DNA from: Alphaproteobacteria bacterium
GTDB lineage: Bacteria; Pseudomonadota; Alphaproteobacteria; JAAXGF01
Reading direction: 5' to 3'
DNA length: 64,000 nucleotides
Assembly (NCBI GenBank): GCA_963555825.3
Contig: CAUVXB020000002.1
Location: 3,136,001 to 3,200,000, forward strand
Below, one piece after another: positions 10,673 through 22,727 of the stretch; the first letter of the stretch is position 1; each line of letters begins with the position of its first letter. The notes under the pieces are model-generated. The model was not told the origin of the DNA. It ran no database searches and worked only from the letters and a program-made list of their open reading frames with translations. Both the position numbers and the translations under genes were made by a program.

Positions 10673-11065
10673 CTATTTCACCAGCTTGAGGGCGACCGAG
10701 TTGATGCAGTGGCGCTGGCCGGTCGGTTCGGGGCCGTCGTCGAAGACGTGGCCGAGATGCGCGTCGCAGCGCGCGCACATGACCTCGGTGCGGCGCATGC
10801 CGAGGCTCACGTCGTCCTCGGTCTTGACCGCGTCCTCGCTGACCGGTTGGAAGAAGCTCGGCCAGCCCGAGCGCGAATCGAATTTGGTGGTCGAGTGGTA
10901 GAGCGCGTTGCCGCAGCAGACGCAACGGTAGGTGCCGTCTTGCTTGGCGTTGTTGTACTTGCCGGTGAACGGCCGCTCGGTGGCCTTCAGGCGGCAGACG
11001 CGGAACTGCTCGGGCGTCAACTCGTGCATCCACTGCTGGTCGGTCTTTTCGACGCGGTCGGTCAT
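10673..11065 (-). CDS. msrB: peptide-methionine (R)-S-oxide reductase
   Basis: [43 protein letters not shown] and RHCINS. Confidence 0.97.
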   Translation of the reverse strand: MTDRVEKTDQQWMHELTPEQFRVCRLKATERPFTGKYNNAKQDGTYRCVCCGNALYHSTTKFDSRSGWPSFFQPVSEDAVKTEDDVSLGMRRTEVMCARCDAHLGHVFDDGPEPTGQRHCINSVALKLVK

Positions 11066-11141
11066 GTCGGCGCCTCCCTCGATCGCGCTTGGCCCGCGTG
11101 GCCCCCGCGCGCTACTGTGGTCGGGCATTAGGGAGGACATA

Positions 11142-12461
11142 ATGGCCATCACGGCCCTGCGCAACATCGATCTCGATTCGGCGCTCGCCGACGCCGAACG
11201 GCATTACGTCGCCGCCAACCCCGGCAGCAAGGCGCGCATCGAGAAGGCGTGCCGCGTGATGCCCGGCGGCAATACACGCACGGTGCTGTACTGGCCGCCG
11301 TTTCCGCTGACCATCGCGCGCGGCGAGGGCGCGCGGGTGTGGGACGTCGACGGCCACGACTACACTGACTTCCTGGTCGAGTACACCGCTGGCCTTTACG
11401 GTCACTCGAACCCGATCATTACCTCGGCGATCAGCCGCGCGTTGGCCGACGGCATCGTGCTCGGCGGCCACAACGAGCTCGAGGGCCGGCTCGCCGAGGC
11501 GCTGTGCGCGCGCATCCCGTCGCTCGACCTGGTGCGCTTCTGCAATTCGGGCACCGAGGCCAACCTGATGGCGCTGAGCGCGGCGCGCGCCCACACCGGC
11601 CGCGCCAAGGTGATGGCGATCGAGGGCGGCTACCACGGCGGCGTGTTCTATTTCGCCGGCGCCGGCTCGCCGCTCAACGTGCCGTTCCCCATGGTGATGG
11701 CGCAATACAACGACATTGAGGGCACACTCGCCCTGATCGAGCGCAACGCCGACGATCTGGCGGCCATCGTCGTCGAGCCGATGATGGGCGGCGGCGGCAC
11801 CATCCCGGCCGACCGCGACTACCTCGCCGCCCTGCGCGAGGCGAGCACGCGCCACGGTATCGTCTTGGTGTTCGACGAGGTGATGACCTCGCGCCTCGCG
11901 CCCGGCGGGCTGCAGGAAGCGCACGGCATCATTCCCGACATGACGACGCTGGGCAAATATCTCGGCGGCGGTCTCACCTTCGGCGCGTTCGGCGGCCGCG
12001 CCGACATCATGGGCCGTTTCAACCCGACGACGCCGGACGCGTTCCCGCATGCCGGCACCTTCAACAACAACGTCTTGACCATGGCCGCCGGCCTCGCCGG
12101 CATCACCGAGGTCTATACGCCAGAGGCCTGCGCCGCGCTCAACGCCAGGGGCGACGCGCTGCGCGAGCGCCTCAACGGCGTCATGCAGGCGCGCGGCCTG
12201 CCGGTGCAGGTGACCGGGCTCGGCTCGATGATGACGGTGCATTTTCGCGCCGGGCCGATCCGCTCGCCGGCCGATTCGGGCGCCGGAAACGACACCGCGC
12301 GCGGCCTCTTCCACCTCGAGATGCTGGCGTGCGGCCAATACCTCGCGCGCCGCGGCATGATCACGCTGTCGCTGCCGATGACCGACGCCGACGGCGACGG
12401 CCTGGTCGCGGCGGTCGACGACTTTCTCGGCGAATACGCGCCGCTGCTCGCCGACATTTGA
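11142..12461 (+). CDS. class III aminotransferase (GSA-aminomutase / beta-amino acid transaminase-like)
   Basis: [33 protein letters not shown] and HAGTFNNN; GGGAGG SD. Confidence 0.9.
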   Translation: MAITALRNIDLDSALADAERHYVAANPGSKARIEKACRVMPGGNTRTVLYWPPFPLTIARGEGARVWDVDGHDYTDFLVEYTAGLYGHSNPIITSAISRALADGIVLGGHNELEGRLAEALCARIPSLDLVRFCNSGTEANLMALSAARAHTGRAKVMAIEGGYHGGVFYFAGAGSPLNVPFPMVMAQYNDIEGTLALIERNADDLAAIVVEPMMGGGGTIPADRDYLAALREASTRHGIVLVFDEVMTSRLAPGGLQEAHGIIPDMTTLGKYLGGGLTFGAFGGRADIMGRFNPTTPDAFPHAGTFNNNVLTMAAGLAGITEVYTPEACAALNARGDALRERLNGVMQARGLPVQVTGLGSMMTVHFRAGPIRSPADSGAGNDTARGLFHLEMLACGQYLARRGMITLSLPMTDADGDGLVAAVDDFLGEYAPLLADI

Positions 12462-12466
12462 GTGGC

Positions 12467-13249
12467 ATGGCGGCGACCTACGACGCGATCGGCGAGGGCT
12501 ATGACGGCACGCGACGGGCCGATCCGCGCCTCGTCGAACGATTGATCGGCCATCTGGCGCCGGTGCCGGGCGGGCGCTACCTCGACCTCGCCTGCGGCAC
12601 CGGCAACTATACCGCGGCGCTCGCCGCCCGGGGCCTCGACATGACCGGCATCGACACCTCCGACGTCATGCTCGCCGCGGCGCGCGCCAAGGCGCCCGGG
12701 ATCGCCTGGTCGAAAGGCCGGGCCGAGGACCTGCCCTACGCCGACGGTTCGTTCGACGGCGTGATGTGCTCGTTCGCGATCCACCACTTCGGCGATGTTG
12801 GCGCCGCCTTCGCCGAGGTCGCGCGGGTGCTCGGGCGCGGTCGCTTGGTCATCCTCACCGCGACGCCGGCGCAGATGGCGGGCTACTGGCTCAACTGGTA
12901 TTTCCCCGAGGCGATCGTGCGTTCGGCCGCGGACATGCCGACCCTCGACGCCATCCGCGGCGACTTGACGGCGGCCGGTTTCGCGCGCATCGCGAGCGAC
13001 CCCTTCGAGGTGCCCGAGGACCTGACCGATCTGTTCCTCTACGCCGGCAAGCACCGCCCGGCGCTCTATCTCGATCCGGCGGTGCGCGCGGGTATCTCGA
13101 CCTTCGCGCGCGGCCTCTGCCCGCCCGACGAACTCGAGCGCGGCCTCGCGGCACTCGCCGCCGACATCGAGACCGGCGCCATCGACGCGACCGTCGCCTC
13201 CTACGCCCACGACAAGGGCGACTACCTCTTCGTCATCGCCGAGCTTTAG
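12467..13249 (+). CDS. class I SAM-dependent methyltransferase
   Basis: YLDLACGTG, GID.S..ML and AEDLPYADGSFD. Confidence 0.9.
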   Translation: MAATYDAIGEGYDGTRRADPRLVERLIGHLAPVPGGRYLDLACGTGNYTAALAARGLDMTGIDTSDVMLAAARAKAPGIAWSKGRAEDLPYADGSFDGVMCSFAIHHFGDVGAAFAEVARVLGRGRLVILTATPAQMAGYWLNWYFPEAIVRSAADMPTLDAIRGDLTAAGFARIASDPFEVPEDLTDLFLYAGKHRPALYLDPAVRAGISTFARGLCPPDELERGLAALAADIETGAIDATVASYAHDKGDYLFVIAEL

Positions 13250-13312
13250 GGTCGACCGACAATGAAGCGCCACGACCGGAAAGCGCCACAAACAGTCAGG
13301 CCTTTCAATAAT

Positions 13313-13379
13313 GGGGTCAGACACCATTAATAGACAGAGTTATAGAGACAAATCAAATGCTTAAATGGTGTCGGACCCC
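13313..13379. repeat. inverted pair of 13-bp palindromic repeats enclosing an IHF-consensus site
   Basis: GGGGTCAGACACC (13313-25) and GGTGTCGGACCCC (13367-79). AATCAAATGCTTA (13351-63) matches WATCAANNNNTTR. Confidence 0.8.
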
Positions 13380-13411
13380 GTTGTTATCGGGAAGCGATCA
13401 ACGGTTCGAAC

Positions 13412-14839
13412 CTACGCGCCGATCGCCGCGAGGCTTGCGAGCAGCTTGGCGTGTGGCTGCGCGAGGCCGTGGGCGGCCTCGTAGGCGCGGCACGCGCGCA
13501 GCACGACGGCTTCAGCGAAGCGCGAGCCGATCACCTGGAGGCCGACCGGCAGGCCGGCGCCGGTCAGGCCGCAGGGGATCGACGCGGCGGGCTGGCCGGT
13601 CAGGTTGAACGGCACGGTGTAGGGCGTCGCGTGGCTCCAGCGGTCGAAGCCGGCCGAATGATAGATCGTCTCGGCCGGCGGCGCCGGCGTCGGCATGGTC
13701 GGCGTCAGAAGCAGATCGTGGCGCTGGTGGAAGGCGCTCATCGCATCGCCCGGCGCGGTTCGGGCGGCAACCGCCGCCTCATACTCGGCGAGGCCGACCG
13801 AGAGGCCGCGCTCGGCGAGCGCGCGGAAGCCGGCATCGAGCAGCGCGTGCTTCTCGGCCGGGATGCCGCGCAGGATGTGGCCGAAACCGGCGACCCAGTA
13901 TTGTTCGAAGCGCGGGCGGAGCGGCTCGAACACCGGGCCGACCTCCTCGACCGTGGCGCCGAGCTCGGCGAAGCGCGCGGCGGCGGTGTCGACCAGCGCG
14001 CGGATCTCGGGCTGTGGCTGGGCGCCGCCGAGTTCCGGCGCGTAGCCGATACGAAGGCCCCGAATGCCGTCGTCGATGCCGTCGAGCCAGTCGCGCGCGA
14101 CGTATTCGATGGCGTACCAGTCGCGCGTATCGGGCAGCGCCAGGACACCCAGCATCAGCGCCGCGTCGCACACGCTGCGCGCCAGCGGGCCGTTCGACGA
14201 CAGTGTCGTGTAGGGGCTCTCGCGCGGCGCGTGCGGCACGCGGCCGAAGCTCGGCTTGAGGCCGAACAGGCCCGAATAGCTCGCCGGGATGCGGATCGAG
14301 CCGCCGCCGTCGGTGCCGTGCGCCAGATTGCCGATGCCGGCGGCGAGCGCGGCCGCGGCGCCGCCCGACGAGCCACCCGGCGAATGCGCCGGGTTCCAAG
14401 GGCTTCGCGTGACGCCGGCGAGCGGCGAATCGGTGATGCCCTTCCAGCCGAACTCGGGCGTCGTCGTCTTGCCGAGCATGACGGCGCCCGCCTCGCGCAG
14501 CCTTGCGACCGAAGGGCAGTCGACGTCCCAGGCCTGGTCGGGATCGACGGTCAGCGAGCCATTGAGCGTCGGCCAGCCCCGGGTCAGCACGATGTCCTTG
14601 ATGGTCAGCGGCACGCCGTCGAGTGGTCCCGCCGGCGCGCCCTTGGCCCAACGGTCCTCGGAGGCCTGCGCGGCCGCGCGGGCGCCCTCGGCGTCGACCA
14701 GTTGGAAGGCGTTGAGCACGGGTTCGTACCGCTCGAGGCGCGCCAACGCGGTCTCGGTGGCCTCGACCGGCGAGAGATCGCCGGCGCGATAGCACGCGAC
14801 CAGCTCGCTCGCGGTCATGAAGGCGACGGTGTCGTCCAC
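13412..14839 (-). CDS. amidase-signature family enzyme
   Basis: GVPLTIKD, GKTTTPEFG and SPGGSSGG...GTDGGGSIRIPAS. Confidence 0.93.
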   Translation of the reverse strand: MDDTVAFMTASELVACYRAGDLSPVEATETALARLERYEPVLNAFQLVDAEGARAAAQASEDRWAKGAPAGPLDGVPLTIKDIVLTRGWPTLNGSLTVDPDQAWDVDCPSVARLREAGAVMLGKTTTPEFGWKGITDSPLAGVTRSPWNPAHSPGGSSGGAAAALAAGIGNLAHGTDGGGSIRIPASYSGLFGLKPSFGRVPHAPRESPYTTLSSNGPLARSVCDAALMLGVLALPDTRDWYAIEYVARDWLDGIDDGIRGLRIGYAPELGGAQPQPEIRALVDTAAARFAELGATVEEVGPVFEPLRPRFEQYWVAGFGHILRGIPAEKHALLDAGFRALAERGLSVGLAEYEAAVAARTAPGDAMSAFHQRHDLLLTPTMPTPAPPAETIYHSAGFDRWSHATPYTVPFNLTGQPAASIPCGLTGAGLPVGLQVIGSRFAEAVVLRACRAYEAAHGLAQPHAKLLASLAAIGA

Positions 14840-14971
14840 TCGCGGTTCCCCCCTCGGTTCGGACCGAGTATCGGCGAGATTGCCGCGCAGAGCAAAGTTC
14901 GCTTGGTTGATCCGCGGGCATCCTATATTACCGCTCGGCGTCCGCAGTATTTACCAGGGCCTGATCCGCGT

Positions 14972-15739
14972 ATGACGACACACCGCCATTTCACCGACGT
15001 CGAGCTCGCCGCCTGGCGCCGCGACGGCTTCATCGTCGTGCGCGGCCTGTTGGGCGCCGCCGAGATCGCCGAGGTGACCCGCTGGGCCGATGCGCTGCAG
15101 GCGTGGCCCGAGACGCCCGGCAAGCACATGAAATACTTCGACGGTAGCCTCACCCAGCCCGGCGCGCGCCTGTTGAACCGGATCGAGAACTTCTGCCCCT
15201 ACCACGAGGGTTTCGATCGGCTGATCAACGGCGCTGCGCTGCGTGGCCGGACGGCCGAGCTGCTCGGCGGCCCTGCCGTGTTGTTCAAGGAGAAGGTCAA
15301 CTTCAAGCTCCCCGGCGCCGGCGGTTTCGAGGCGCACCAGGACATCCAGGCAGGCTGGCAGACATACGCCGAGATGTTCGTCACCGCGCTGGTCGGCATC
15401 GACGCGGCGACGGTCGAGAACGGCTGCCTCGAGGTCGCCGCGGGCCACCACATGCGCGGCATGTTCGGCGAGATGTGGCAGCCGCTCGGCGACGACCCGC
15501 TGGTCGGCGTCGACTTCCAGCCGGTGCCCACGGAACCGGGCGACGCGGTGTTCTTCGACTGCTTCACGCCGCACCGCTCGGCGGCCAATCTGAGCGATGC
15601 GCCGCGCCGCGTGCTCTACGTCACCTACAACCGCGCCGCCGCCGGCGACCACCGCGCGCAGTACTATGCCGACAAGCGCGCCAGCTATCCGCCCGACTGC
15701 GAACGCGACGCCGACAAGGAGTACGTCTACCGAGTGTGA
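14972..15739 (+). CDS. phytanoyl-CoA dioxygenase family (PhnY-like Fe/2OG dioxygenase)
   Basis: LFKEKVNFKLPGAGGFEAHQD (HxD), ENGCL and PHRS..N....RR. Start at MTTHRHF. Confidence 0.85.
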   Translation: MTTHRHFTDVELAAWRRDGFIVVRGLLGAAEIAEVTRWADALQAWPETPGKHMKYFDGSLTQPGARLLNRIENFCPYHEGFDRLINGAALRGRTAELLGGPAVLFKEKVNFKLPGAGGFEAHQDIQAGWQTYAEMFVTALVGIDAATVENGCLEVAAGHHMRGMFGEMWQPLGDDPLVGVDFQPVPTEPGDAVFFDCFTPHRSAANLSDAPRRVLYVTYNRAAAGDHRAQYYADKRASYPPDCERDADKEYVYRV

Positions 15740-15850
15740 GCGCGCGCCAAGGGTACCTACCCACCGTCGGCCGCCATCCGGCTCGTTAGACTTGGCCGCC
15801 CAGCTCATTTAGAATTAACCCGAAAATTCATCGGTCTCAGGGGGACTGTC

Positions 15851-17635
15851 GTGTCACGGGAGGACGTCGAACGGCGGCTCGCCGCGATCCTTTCGGCCGA
15901 TGTCGTTGGCTATAGCCGACTCATGGCCGACGACGAGGCCGGCACCCATGCTGCGCTCAAGGCGCATCGCGCCGAGTTCGTCGATGCCACGATTGCCGAA
16001 CATCACGGCCGGATCGTCAAGCTGATCGGCGATGGCGCGCTGGTCGAGTTCGCGAGCGTCGTCAATTCCGTCGCCTGCGCCATCGACATTCAGCGCGGCA
16101 TGGCCGAGCGCAATCGCGATGTGCCGAAGGACAGGCGAATCAGATTCCGCATCGGCATCAACCTGGGCGACGTGATCATCGAGGGCGACGACATCTATGG
16201 CGACGGCGTCAACATTGCGTCCCGCATCGAGGCGCTGGCCGAGCCGGGCGGCATCTGCCTGTCGGACGATGCGTATCGCCAGGCGCGGGGCAGGCTCGAC
16301 GTCGCCTTCGAAGACATGGGCGAGCACGCGGTCAAGAATATCCCGGATCCGATACGTGTCTTCCGCGTCGAGCTGGCTCACGCGGCCGGCGAGATCGACT
16401 CGGAGGATGACGTCGTTGCGGCGCCCGCGTTGTCCGCCAAACCGTCGATCGCGGTGCTGCCGTTCGACAACATGTCGGGCGACCCCGAACAGGAGTATTT
16501 CGCCGACGGCATCAGCGAGGATCTGATCACGGCGCTATCGCGGATTCATTGGTTCTTCGTGATCGCGCGCAATTCGACCTTCACCTACAAAGGCCGGGCC
16601 GTGAACGTGACCGAGGTCGCTCGCGACCTCGGCGTGCGCTACGTGCTGGAGGGCAGCCTGCGCAAGGCCGGAAATCGCGTGCGCATCACCGCCCAACTGA
16701 TCGACGCGACGACCGGCAACCACGTTTGGGCCGAGCACTACGACCGCGAGCTCGCCGACATCTTCGCGCTTCAGGACGAGATGACGCAGACCATCGTCGG
16801 CGCCGTCGAACCCGAACTGAGCGCCGCCGAACGCGAGCGGGCGGCGCACAAGCCGCCCGACAACCTGGATGCATGGGAGAGCTATCAACGCGGCTTGTGG
16901 CACATGTGGCGTTTCACCAAGGACGACAATGCCGAGGCCCAGAGCCTGTTGCGGCGGGCGCAGGAACTCGACCCCGGTTTCGCCATTGCCTATGCCTACG
17001 AGTCATACGCTCATTTCCTGGACGTGATCCTCGGCTATGCCGAGGCTCCGGGGGCCTGTCTTGCGTCGGCCCTGGCCGCGGCGAACGAGGCCCTCGCGCT
17101 GGACGACAAGGAACCGGTGGCCCACTTCGCGCAGGGTCGGGTTTACATGGTGCAGGGCAAGCACGACGCGTCGATTGCCGCGCTCGAAACGTCGCTCGAG
17201 TTCAATCCCAGCTTTGCCCAAGCCTGTCACGGACTCGGATTCGCCTTCGCGCTTGCTGGCCGGCTCGAGGATTCCGCCGATATGCTGGACAGAGGCATTC
17301 GCCTCAGCCCGCACGATCCGCTGTTGTTCGCGACCGAAACGATCCGCTCGTTCAGCTGCACCCTCCAGCACCAACACGAGGCGGCCGCCGAGTGGGCGCT
17401 GCGCGCCGTTCGCAGGCCGCAGGCGGTCGGCGGCGGATACTGGCCCTATGCGGCGCTCGCTGCCGCGCTCGGCAATCTCGGCAAGACCGAAGAGGCCGAG
17501 GCCGCCCTTGCGTCGGCATTCAAGCAAAAGCCTGACCTCTCCCTGGCCTACGTGATCAAGACTCTGCCGACCACGCAGCTGGACGGCCTCGGTCCCTATC
17601 TCGACGGATTGCGCGCGGCGGGACTGACCGCGTGA
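15851..17635 (+). CDS. adenylate/guanylate cyclase with TolB-like and TPR domains
   Basis: RRLAAILSADVVGYSRLM, RIGINLGDV, GDGVNIASR, PSIAVLPFDNMSGDPEQEYFADG and TPR helices. Confidence 0.93.
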   Translation: MSREDVERRLAAILSADVVGYSRLMADDEAGTHAALKAHRAEFVDATIAEHHGRIVKLIGDGALVEFASVVNSVACAIDIQRGMAERNRDVPKDRRIRFRIGINLGDVIIEGDDIYGDGVNIASRIEALAEPGGICLSDDAYRQARGRLDVAFEDMGEHAVKNIPDPIRVFRVELAHAAGEIDSEDDVVAAPALSAKPSIAVLPFDNMSGDPEQEYFADGISEDLITALSRIHWFFVIARNSTFTYKGRAVNVTEVARDLGVRYVLEGSLRKAGNRVRITAQLIDATTGNHVWAEHYDRELADIFALQDEMTQTIVGAVEPELSAAERERAAHKPPDNLDAWESYQRGLWHMWRFTKDDNAEAQSLLRRAQELDPGFAIAYAYESYAHFLDVILGYAEAPGACLASALAAANEALALDDKEPVAHFAQGRVYMVQGKHDASIAALETSLEFNPSFAQACHGLGFAFALAGRLEDSADMLDRGIRLSPHDPLLFATETIRSFSCTLQHQHEAAAEWALRAVRRPQAVGGGYWPYAALAAALGNLGKTEEAEAALASAFKQKPDLSLAYVIKTLPTTQLDGLGPYLDGLRAAGLTA

Positions 17636-17736
17636 CCGAGCCGCGACGACGGGGTGGATAGCGGGCAGTCCCGGTTCGCCAACTCTTCCGTGATAGACTG
17701 ACCATGCCTGCCTGCCAGCCGAGCGAGGAAGTGGTC

Positions 17737-18147
17737 ATGGAATGGATCGGAGGATGCCTGTGCGGCGACGTGCGATATCGGGCGAGCGAGGATCCTCGGT
17801 GGGCCGGGGCGTGCCATTGCGGCCGATGCCGCAAGCAGTCCGGCGCGCCGTACACGGTCGGTGTCCTGTTCGCCGAGGACACCTTCGAATGGACAAGCGG
17901 GCAGCCCGCCTATTACCGCTCCTCGGCGAAAGTGCGTCGCGGCTTTTGCGCGCGATGCGGCAGCACACTCACCTGGGAGACGGCGGGTGACGGATTCACG
18001 GTCTTGATCGGAAGCCTCGATCGTCCGGAGGCGGTCCAACCCGACAGTCACTGCTACACCGCGACGAAACTGCCCTGGGTATGCCTCGAAGACGGGACGC
18101 CCCAATACCCCGAAGGCGACGTCACGATGGCGTGGTGCAAATCGTAG
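17737..18147 (+). CDS. GFA (CENP-V) family protein
   Basis: GGCLCGDVRY, CHCGRCRK and RGFCARCGS. Confidence 0.92.
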   Translation: MEWIGGCLCGDVRYRASEDPRWAGACHCGRCRKQSGAPYTVGVLFAEDTFEWTSGQPAYYRSSAKVRRGFCARCGSTLTWETAGDGFTVLIGSLDRPEAVQPDSHCYTATKLPWVCLEDGTPQYPEGDVTMAWCKS

Positions 18148-18361
18148 CGGCGCCGGCTCGCCATCGCGGCGGCCGCCGCCGTCGATACGGCTTCACGACC
18201 GCGGCGATAGTCGATTCGGCCAATAGGAATTTGCTGCAGTGCAGCGCGGCGTGCCGTAAATCGACAAAATGCTAGCTTTTCCGGCGCGGAATCATCTATT
18301 GTTACCGCCGCTGTCGTGAAGTGGCGGCGGCGTATTTTTATCTACCTTCTTTGCGGGCAAG

Positions 18362-18518
18362 ATGACGACGCAGACGACATCGATCCGGGACAACACGAGC
18401 GCGTGGTTCGCCACGTGCCGGGTCTCGTCGTGCACCGCCGTTCTGCCTCGGTGTCACGCGGTCCTTCGACTTATCGGCCCCTGAACGGATGAAAGCCGCA
18501 TACGCGGCCGTTCAGGGG
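18362..18518 (+). promoter_or_regulatory. putative leuA leader: 40-aa leader ORF plus hairpin overlapping its stop
   Basis: ORF 18362-18484 ends ...VLRLIGP*. Stem CCCCTGAACGG (18478-88) pairs with CCGTTCAGGGG (18508-18). Confidence 0.55.
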
Positions 18519-18568
18519 AGTTCGATTTGCGATCTACTTCGGACATCCGCATATGAAGGACCAGTAAA

Positions 18569-21261
<2,693 letters not shown>

Positions 21262-21317
21262 CCGGCGGCGCAGGCCGCCAACGACCGATCAAGGGGGCGC
21301 CTTAAGGCAGACATCGG

Positions 21318-22214
21318 TTGGCGACGACAAGACAAAAGCGCGGCTCGATCCGTGTCAGCAACATCACGGGAACCATCAAGGGATGGCTCCAGCGATTCGC
21401 ATTCGTGCTTCTGGCCGGCACCGCGCTCACCCTGATGATCCTCGGCAAGGCCGACTCGCCGGTCGTCGAGCGGCTGCGCGTCACCATCACCGATGCCGCG
21501 ATGCCGGTGCTCGAGGTGCTGACGCATCCGCTTACCAGCGTCAACACCGTCGTCGACACGGTCAACGACCTGGTCTATCTGCGCAGCGAGAACACCCGTC
21601 TGCGCGCCGAGAACGAGCGTCTGCGCAGCTGGCAAGACGCGGCGCGGCTTCTCGAGCAAGAGAACATCGCGTTTCGCGACCTTCTGGGTTTCGTCGCCGA
21701 TCCGCAGCCGGTCTTCATCTCGGCCCGGGTCATCGGCGATTCGAGTGGCGCCTTCGTGCGCAGCCAACTGCTCAACGCAGGCGCGGCCGATGGCGTGCGC
21801 AACGGTCAGGCCGTCGTCAACGGCGACGGGCTGGTTGGCCGCGTCGTCAGCACGGGCGAGCGATCGAGCCGCGTTCTGCTGCTCACCGACCTCAACTCTC
21901 GGATCCCCGTGGCCGCTGAAACGTCGCGCGTGCGTGGCATCTTGGCGGGCGACAATTCCGACAACCCCAGACTCGACTTTCTGCCGGTCGACGCCGGTCT
22001 CAAGCCGGGCGACCGAATCGTCACGACCGGGCGCGGCGGCATGCTGCCGCCCGGCTTGCCGGTCGGCATCGTCGCGTCGGTCGCGGACGGCGTGATTCTG
22101 GTCGAGCCGTTCATTGATTGGGGCAAGCTCGAATACGTGCGCGTCCTCGATTACGTGCTGCCCGGCATGCTGCCGACGACGCGTGCCGCGGGCCGCGCCG
22201 GGCCGCTGCCATGA
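21318..22214 (+). CDS. mreC: rod shape-determining protein MreC
   Basis: TM helix, coiled coil, GLVGRV and operon position. Confidence 0.95.
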   Translation: MATTRQKRGSIRVSNITGTIKGWLQRFAFVLLAGTALTLMILGKADSPVVERLRVTITDAAMPVLEVLTHPLTSVNTVVDTVNDLVYLRSENTRLRAENERLRSWQDAARLLEQENIAFRDLLGFVADPQPVFISARVIGDSSGAFVRSQLLNAGAADGVRNGQAVVNGDGLVGRVVSTGERSSRVLLLTDLNSRIPVAAETSRVRGILAGDNSDNPRLDFLPVDAGLKPGDRIVTTGRGGMLPPGLPVGIVASVADGVILVEPFIDWGKLEYVRVLDYVLPGMLPTTRAAGRAGPLP

Positions 22215-22726
22215 CGACGGCCGTCTGGGGCTACCTCGACCGCGGGCTGCGGGGCCTGAGCCCCTTCGTGCTGACGATCGGATTGGTGCTGATCAGCGTG
22301 CTGCCGATCCCGGTGCCGGGCAGCGGCCCGATCACCCCGGCTTTAACCCTGATGGCGGTCTATTACTGGTCCGTCTACCGGCCCGACCTGTTGCCGATCG
22401 CGGCGACCTTCATTATCGGCGTCGTGCAGGATACCTTGAGCGGCGCGCCGCTCGGCATGACCTCGCTGGTGCTGTTGTCGGTGCAGGGCTTGGTGATGGC
22501 CCAGTACCGTTTCTTCAGCGGCAGGACCTTCATGGTCGAATGGTGGGGTTTCCTGGTGATCGCGCCCGGCGCGATCACGGCGACGTACCTGCTGGCGACG
22601 ATCTATTCGGGCACATTGCTGTCGGCGCGGCCGTTCGGCTTCCAGCTCATGCTGACCGTCGCGCTGTATCCCTGCATCGCCTGGCTCCTGGCGCGCGCCC
22701 AGAAATTCCTGTTGCGGCCTGTGTGA
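22211..22726 (+). CDS. mreD: rod shape-determining protein MreD
   Basis: Hydrophobic, with YYWSVYRP and QDTLSGAPLG; ATGA overlap with mreC. Confidence 0.92.
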   Translation: MTTAVWGYLDRGLRGLSPFVLTIGLVLISVLPIPVPGSGPITPALTLMAVYYWSVYRPDLLPIAATFIIGVVQDTLSGAPLGMTSLVLLSVQGLVMAQYRFFSGRTFMVEWWGFLVIAPGAITATYLLATIYSGTLLSARPFGFQLMLTVALYPCIAWLLARAQKFLLRPV

Positions 22727-22727
22727 G

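Noticed and set aside
15805-15835. Possible CtrA box upstream of the cyclase gene
   Set aside because: The spacing and second half-site do not fit TTAA-N7-TTAA.
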